A stretch of DNA of 62,056 nt from Planctomycetota bacterium (GTDB lineage: Bacteria; Planctomycetota; UBA11346). Made by a program: the position numbers and the translations under genes. The notes below the pieces were generated by a model. That model was not told the DNA's origin and did not search any database. It was given only the letters and a program-made list of their open reading frames with translations. This document shows, in pieces, positions 57,733-62,056 of this stretch; position 1 is the stretch's first letter, and every line of letters starts with the position of its first letter. The DNA lies in assembly GCA_044338255.1 (NCBI GenBank), contig JBIILZ010000006.1:1-62056 (forward strand), given 5' to 3'.

Positions 57733-58740
57733 ATGCTGCACCCTCGTGCGACCGCCCAATGCGTGGCCGTCGGCACCTTTCTCCCCGAGCGCCGGCTGAC
57801 CAATGCCGAGCTTGCGGCACGTGTCGACACCACTGATGAATGGATCGTTTCACGCACCGGCATTCGTGAACGGCGCCTGGTCGAACCGGGCACGCCGTGT
57901 TCCGTGATCGCCACTGCCGCCGGCCGTGATTGCCTGACGCGCGCCGGAGTCAGCGCCGAGACCCTTGATGGGATCATCGTCGCGACCATTACCGGCGATC
58001 AGCGCATGCCGGCAACCGCCAATATCGTCCAGCATGCGTTGGGTGCGACCACCGCCTGGGGCTATGATCTGCTGAATGCCTGCAATGGCTTCCTCGCCGC
58101 CCTAACCACCGCCGCCTCGATGATCGAGGCCGGTCGGGCCAAGCGCATCCTGGTGATCGGCGCCGATGTGATGAGCTCGATCATCAACCACCATGATCGC
58201 AACACCTGCATCCTCTTCGGCGATGGCGCGGGGGCGGTGCTTCTCGAAGCCGGGCCTGAAGACGCTGCCACCGGCGTGCGTGGCTGGGAGATGCATTCCG
58301 ATGGTGCTGGCGGCGATGAACTGATTCTGCCCTGCACCGGCTCGGCGCCCTCGTCGCCGGGACAGCTGCCGGTGGTCTACCAGAATGGTCGCACGGTGTT
58401 CGCCCATGCTGTTCGCCGCATGGCCGAAGTCGCCGACCACTGCCTGACCAGCCAGGGACTGACCGGCCGCGATGTCGATCTGATCATCCCCCATCAGGCC
58501 AATATCCGCATCATCGAAGCCACTGCCGAACGTCTGCACGTGCCGATGTCGCAGGTCGTGGTCAACATCGCCGAGGTCGGCAATACCACGGCCGCGACAC
58601 TGCCCCTGGCCCTGGCCCAAGCCGCCAGCGATGGCCGCCTGACCACCGGCACGCGCGTCCTGCTGGTGGCCTTCGGCGGCGGCTTCACGTGGGGTGCGTG
58701 CTACCTGCAATGGGGCCGTGGGCAGGTGCCCGCTTCATGA
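57733..58740 (+). CDS. fabH: 3-oxoacyl-ACP synthase III
   Basis: DTTDEWIVSRTGIRERR, NAC.GF, LFGDGAGA, PHQAN.RI, GNT, FGGGFTWG. Confidence 0.95.
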   Translation: MLHPRATAQCVAVGTFLPERRLTNAELAARVDTTDEWIVSRTGIRERRLVEPGTPCSVIATAAGRDCLTRAGVSAETLDGIIVATITGDQRMPATANIVQHALGATTAWGYDLLNACNGFLAALTTAASMIEAGRAKRILVIGADVMSSIINHHDRNTCILFGDGAGAVLLEAGPEDAATGVRGWEMHSDGAGGDELILPCTGSAPSSPGQLPVVYQNGRTVFAHAVRRMAEVADHCLTSQGLTGRDVDLIIPHQANIRIIEATAERLHVPMSQVVVNIAEVGNTTAATLPLALAQAASDGRLTTGTRVLLVAFGGGFTWGACYLQWGRGQVPAS

Positions 58741-59720
58741 TCGATCGGCTCGATCATTTCCGTTGGATGGTGCTCGCCCGCGCGCTCGATGAGCGCTTGG
58801 CGGCGCTCTATCGCCAGGACCACATCCGTGGCGGCAGCGTCTTCAGCGGCAAAGGCCAAGAGGCGTATTCGGCAGCCGCCGCCCTCAGCCTGCGCCAATG
58901 GACCGCAGACACGCCGGGCGATTTCTTCGCACCGTTGATCCGCGACAGCGCCGGTCGCCTCGCCTTCGGCGAGCCGATCCTCGATGCCGTGCGCACCTAT
59001 TGCGGCCGCCGCACCGGCCCGATGCGCGGCCGCGACGGCAATGTCCACCGTGGTGATCTCAGCCTCGGCCAGCTGCCGATGATCTCGCATCTCGGGGCCT
59101 CGGTCAGCGTCATCAGCGGCATGCTCATGGCTCGCCGCCACCTCGGCACCCTCGCCGACAGCGTCGGTATCGTCAGCCTCGGCGACGGTGCGATGCAGAC
59201 CGGCGCCAGCCATGAAGGCATCAACGTCGCGGCGGTCGAACGCCTGCCGCTGATCATCCTCGTGGCCGACAACCAGGTCAGCTATTCGACGTTCCGCGAT
59301 CGCTCGTTTGCCTGCCGCAGCTTGGTTGATCGCGCCATCGGCTATGGCTGCGGCGCGCACTCCTGCGACGGCACCGATTTCGACGCCTGCCGCCTCACCG
59401 TCGAAGCCGCGGTGGCGGCGGCCCGCGCCGGGAAGGGCCCGCAGATGGTGGTGGCCTCCCTGCTGCGCCTCGCCGGCCACGGCGAGCACGACGACAATTC
59501 CTATATCGGCGCCGAGCTGCGCGCGCGCTTCGGTGATTGCGTCGCCCTTGCCGAGGCCCGGCTCACGAGCGAAGGCGTGGCCACCGCGCCCTATTGGGAA
59601 GCCGCGAAAAGCGCCATCGCCGCCGCCGTGACCCAGGCCCTGTCCGAGCCCGGTCCGGATGTGGCGGCCGAAGATTGGACGGCGCGCAGCCTGAAGAATC
59701 TCACGGAATTCCGCGCATGA
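58737..59720 (+). CDS. 2-oxoacid dehydrogenase E1 alpha subunit
   Basis: G.GQEA, TPP motif GDGA...G..HEG.N.A....LP......N, RL.GH..HD. Confidence 0.92.
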   Translation: MIDRLDHFRWMVLARALDERLAALYRQDHIRGGSVFSGKGQEAYSAAAALSLRQWTADTPGDFFAPLIRDSAGRLAFGEPILDAVRTYCGRRTGPMRGRDGNVHRGDLSLGQLPMISHLGASVSVISGMLMARRHLGTLADSVGIVSLGDGAMQTGASHEGINVAAVERLPLIILVADNQVSYSTFRDRSFACRSLVDRAIGYGCGAHSCDGTDFDACRLTVEAAVAAARAGKGPQMVVASLLRLAGHGEHDDNSYIGAELRARFGDCVALAEARLTSEGVATAPYWEAAKSAIAAAVTQALSEPGPDVAAEDWTARSLKNLTEFRA

Positions 59721-60703
59721 GCCTGCCCGTCCTGACCTACATGGACGCCATCCGCCTGGCGCTCGGCGACAGCCTCGCCGCCGATGCCCGAGTCTTCATC
59801 TATGGTCAGGATATCGCCGGCGCCTTCGGCGGTGCCTTTAAGGCCACCAAGGGCCTTTCGGAGCGCTTCCCCGGACGGGTACTGAATTCGCCGATCTCGG
59901 AAGACGCGATGACCGGCATCGCCATCGGCGCGGCTCTCGAAGGCGCCCGCCCGATCATCGAATTCCAGTTCGCCGATTTCGCGTCGATCGCCTTCAATCA
60001 GCTGGTCAACCATGCGGCGACCTATTACTGGCGCACCGGCCGCAGCGTGCCGGCGGTGTTCCGCTTTCCTGGCGGCGGCACTCCCGGCGGCGGCCCGTTC
60101 CACTCGCAGATGCCCGAGGCCTGGCTCACCCATCATCCCGGGCTGGTGGTGGTCTCGCCGTCGACCGTGGCCGACGCGTACTTCATGCTTCGTGACGCCG
60201 TCGCCTGTCCGGATCCGGTGATCTACGTCGAGCACAAGGGGCTCTACAACCACCTCAAGGCCGAGTTCGATCCTCAGCTCAGCGAGCATCTGCCGCTGGG
60301 CGCAGCCGCCATCCGCCGCCCCGGACGCGACTGCACGCTGATCAGCTACAGCGCCATGGTCCATACCTGCATGGCTGCTGCCGAGCGTTTGGCGAGCGAG
60401 CATCAGCTCGATGTCGAAGTCATCGACCTGCGCTGCCTGCGGCCGCTCGATACGCGCACCATCCTCGATTCGATCGCGCGCACCAATCGCGTGGTGATGG
60501 TCACCGAGTCGTGGCCGTTCGGCGGCATCGCCGCTGAGATCCTCGCGACCGTGGCCACCGAGGCCTTCCAATATCTCGATGCTCCGCCGCGGCGGTTGTG
60601 CGCTGAAGACACCCCGATCCCCTATCATCCCGACCTATTCCACGCCCACCATCCGGATGCCGACCGGATCGTGCAGGCGGTGCTCGAAACCGTGGATTTC
60701 TAA
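59717..60703 (+). CDS. 2-oxoacid dehydrogenase E1 beta subunit
   Basis: GQDI...GGAFKAT.GL, PISE, EFQFADF, HSQ..E, EHK.LY, IDLR.L.PLD. Confidence 0.95.
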   Translation: MSLPVLTYMDAIRLALGDSLAADARVFIYGQDIAGAFGGAFKATKGLSERFPGRVLNSPISEDAMTGIAIGAALEGARPIIEFQFADFASIAFNQLVNHAATYYWRTGRSVPAVFRFPGGGTPGGGPFHSQMPEAWLTHHPGLVVVSPSTVADAYFMLRDAVACPDPVIYVEHKGLYNHLKAEFDPQLSEHLPLGAAAIRRPGRDCTLISYSAMVHTCMAAAERLASEHQLDVEVIDLRCLRPLDTRTILDSIARTNRVVMVTESWPFGGIAAEILATVATEAFQYLDAPPRRLCAEDTPIPYHPDLFHAHHPDADRIVQAVLETVDF

Positions 60704-61878
60704 TGAAGCTCGATGTCCGCATGCCGCAATTTGGCGAGTCTGCCGCCGAAGCCACCGTCGTCGCCTGGTTGGTGCAACCGGGTACAGCGGTGGCGGCCGA
60801 ACAGGAGATCGTCGAAGTCCAGACCGAGAAATCGCTGCTGACCGTCGCCGCCCCGGCCGCCGGCATCCTCTCCGAACATCGCGCCGCCGCCGGTGACAAG
60901 GTCGCCGTCGGTGATGTCATCGCCCTGCTCGATGTCGCCGAAGGCACCCTCACACCGAGCCGGCCCCTGCCGGTGATTTCCGCCAACACGCCCCCGGCGA
61001 GCACGTCGGCCGCCAGCAATGGTGCCGGCGAAACCCGCGCCCCGCGGACCCGGCCACCACGCGGCGAAGCCACCCTGCGCGCGGCGATGGGCGACGCCGC
61101 CTTCATCAGCCCGGCGGTGCGCGTGCGGCTCATCGAAGCCGGCCTGACCATCTCCGATCTCGCCACCATCCATGGCACCGGTCTGAGCGGCCGCGTCACG
61201 GTCGATGATCTCGATGCCTACCTCGCCCACGGCGAACCCATGAGTGGCGTGCGCCAAGCCGTGGCCCTGGCGATGTCGCGCTCGTGGCAACGGCCGCTGG
61301 CGACCGTCGCCCGCCCGGCGCGCATGGACGCCCTCCTCGCCCACCGCCGGACCATCGAAGGCCGGCCGAGCGCGACCATCTACGCCCTGCGCGCCCTGGC
61401 GGTGGCGATGGTCGCCCAGCCGACTCTCGCCTGCCGCTTGTACGGCAACCGCCTGCTCAAGGCCCAATCCATCGATCTGGCGGTGGCGGTCGAGATCGAC
61501 GACGGCGTGTTGACGCCGGTGATCCGTGGCGTCGACAAGCTCAGTCTGGCGCAGCTGACAATCGCCTTCGATCAGCTGATCGAGCGCGCCCGTGCCGGAC
61601 GGGTCAGCGATGCCGGCAGCGCCGTGGCCACGGTCAGCAACTATGGCACCTTCGGCCTGACCTGGGCCACGCCCATCCCCCTGCCCGGCCAAGCCTCGAT
61701 CCTCGGCCTGGGCTCGGTGGAAAACGTCCCCGAGTGGGACCCCGCGATCAAGGGCTGGGGTCGCGCGCGCCAGGCCGAGCTGACCTTGACCTTCGACCAT
61801 CGCATCGCCGATGGCGGGGCGGCCGGTCGTCTGCTGCAGCAGGTGGCTGATTTGCTTGAGCACCCCGAGAAGCTGTAA
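60703..61878 (+). CDS. 2-oxoacid dehydrogenase E2 dihydrolipoamide acyltransferase
   Basis: Lipoyl domain EVQTEK, E3-binding SPAVR...GTG..GRVT..D, catalytic FDHRIADG. Confidence 0.93.
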   Translation: MKLDVRMPQFGESAAEATVVAWLVQPGTAVAAEQEIVEVQTEKSLLTVAAPAAGILSEHRAAAGDKVAVGDVIALLDVAEGTLTPSRPLPVISANTPPASTSAASNGAGETRAPRTRPPRGEATLRAAMGDAAFISPAVRVRLIEAGLTISDLATIHGTGLSGRVTVDDLDAYLAHGEPMSGVRQAVALAMSRSWQRPLATVARPARMDALLAHRRTIEGRPSATIYALRALAVAMVAQPTLACRLYGNRLLKAQSIDLAVAVEIDDGVLTPVIRGVDKLSLAQLTIAFDQLIERARAGRVSDAGSAVATVSNYGTFGLTWATPIPLPGQASILGLGSVENVPEWDPAIKGWGRARQAELTLTFDHRIADGGAAGRLLQQVADLLEHPEKL

Positions 61879-61897
61879 TCGCAGGGGCTTTTAGCTC

Positions 61898-62025
61898 AGG
61901 GGCTTCGCCCCTACGGCCTGGCGGCCTACCCCCGGCCTTTGTCGCGGCTCGTTTTCAGCGGAACGCTGAAAACGTGGCGGGATCGGCTGCGCCGATTTTA
62001 TCCCGCCAACGCCGCTCGGCGGCCG
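61898..62025. other. Highly structured intergenic element (nested hairpins)
   Basis: AGGGGC/GCCCCT, CGTTTTCAGCG/CGCTGAAAACG, GGCGGGAT...ATCCCGCC enclosing ATCGGC/GCCGAT, closed by GCGGC/GCCGC. Confidence 0.6.
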
Positions 62026-62056
62026 TTTAATTCAGTGGGCGGGATGAGCTGAGTTC

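Overview
GC-rich bacterial chromosome segment, probably PVC superphylum/Planctomycetota (inferred from a prepilin/H-X9-DG protein, a DUF1573-like protein, a double zinc-ribbon membrane protein and fused ccoNO). It is mostly core genes: hflX, xerD, gpmI, bioD, valS, gltX, pgi, uvrB, ABC-F, and fabH followed by a 2-oxoacid dehydrogenase E1a/E1b/E2. It also carries a cobalamin uptake/salvage set split into two loci (btuDF-like with cobU-cobT-cobS near 5.5-9.7 kb; B12 riboswitch-btuB-btuC near 30.8-34 kb), a cbb3 oxidase cluster with an Rrf2 regulator, two coupled diguanylate cyclases, a type II toxin-antitoxin pair, the right end of an IS66-family element and a REP-like doublet. Most notable: (i) PGI and iPGM that look like plant/protist cytosolic types; (ii) pervasive short tandem duplications, some at stop/start junctions, one creating a six-codon relay ORF between btuB and btuC; (iii) a mosaic pilin-like gene; (iv) a trypsin-fold pseudoprotease behind a sensorless kinase; (v) several probable leaderless genes. 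No CRISPR array, rRNA or tRNA was seen. Family calls come from recognised motifs, not database searches. Start codons were adjusted by eye.
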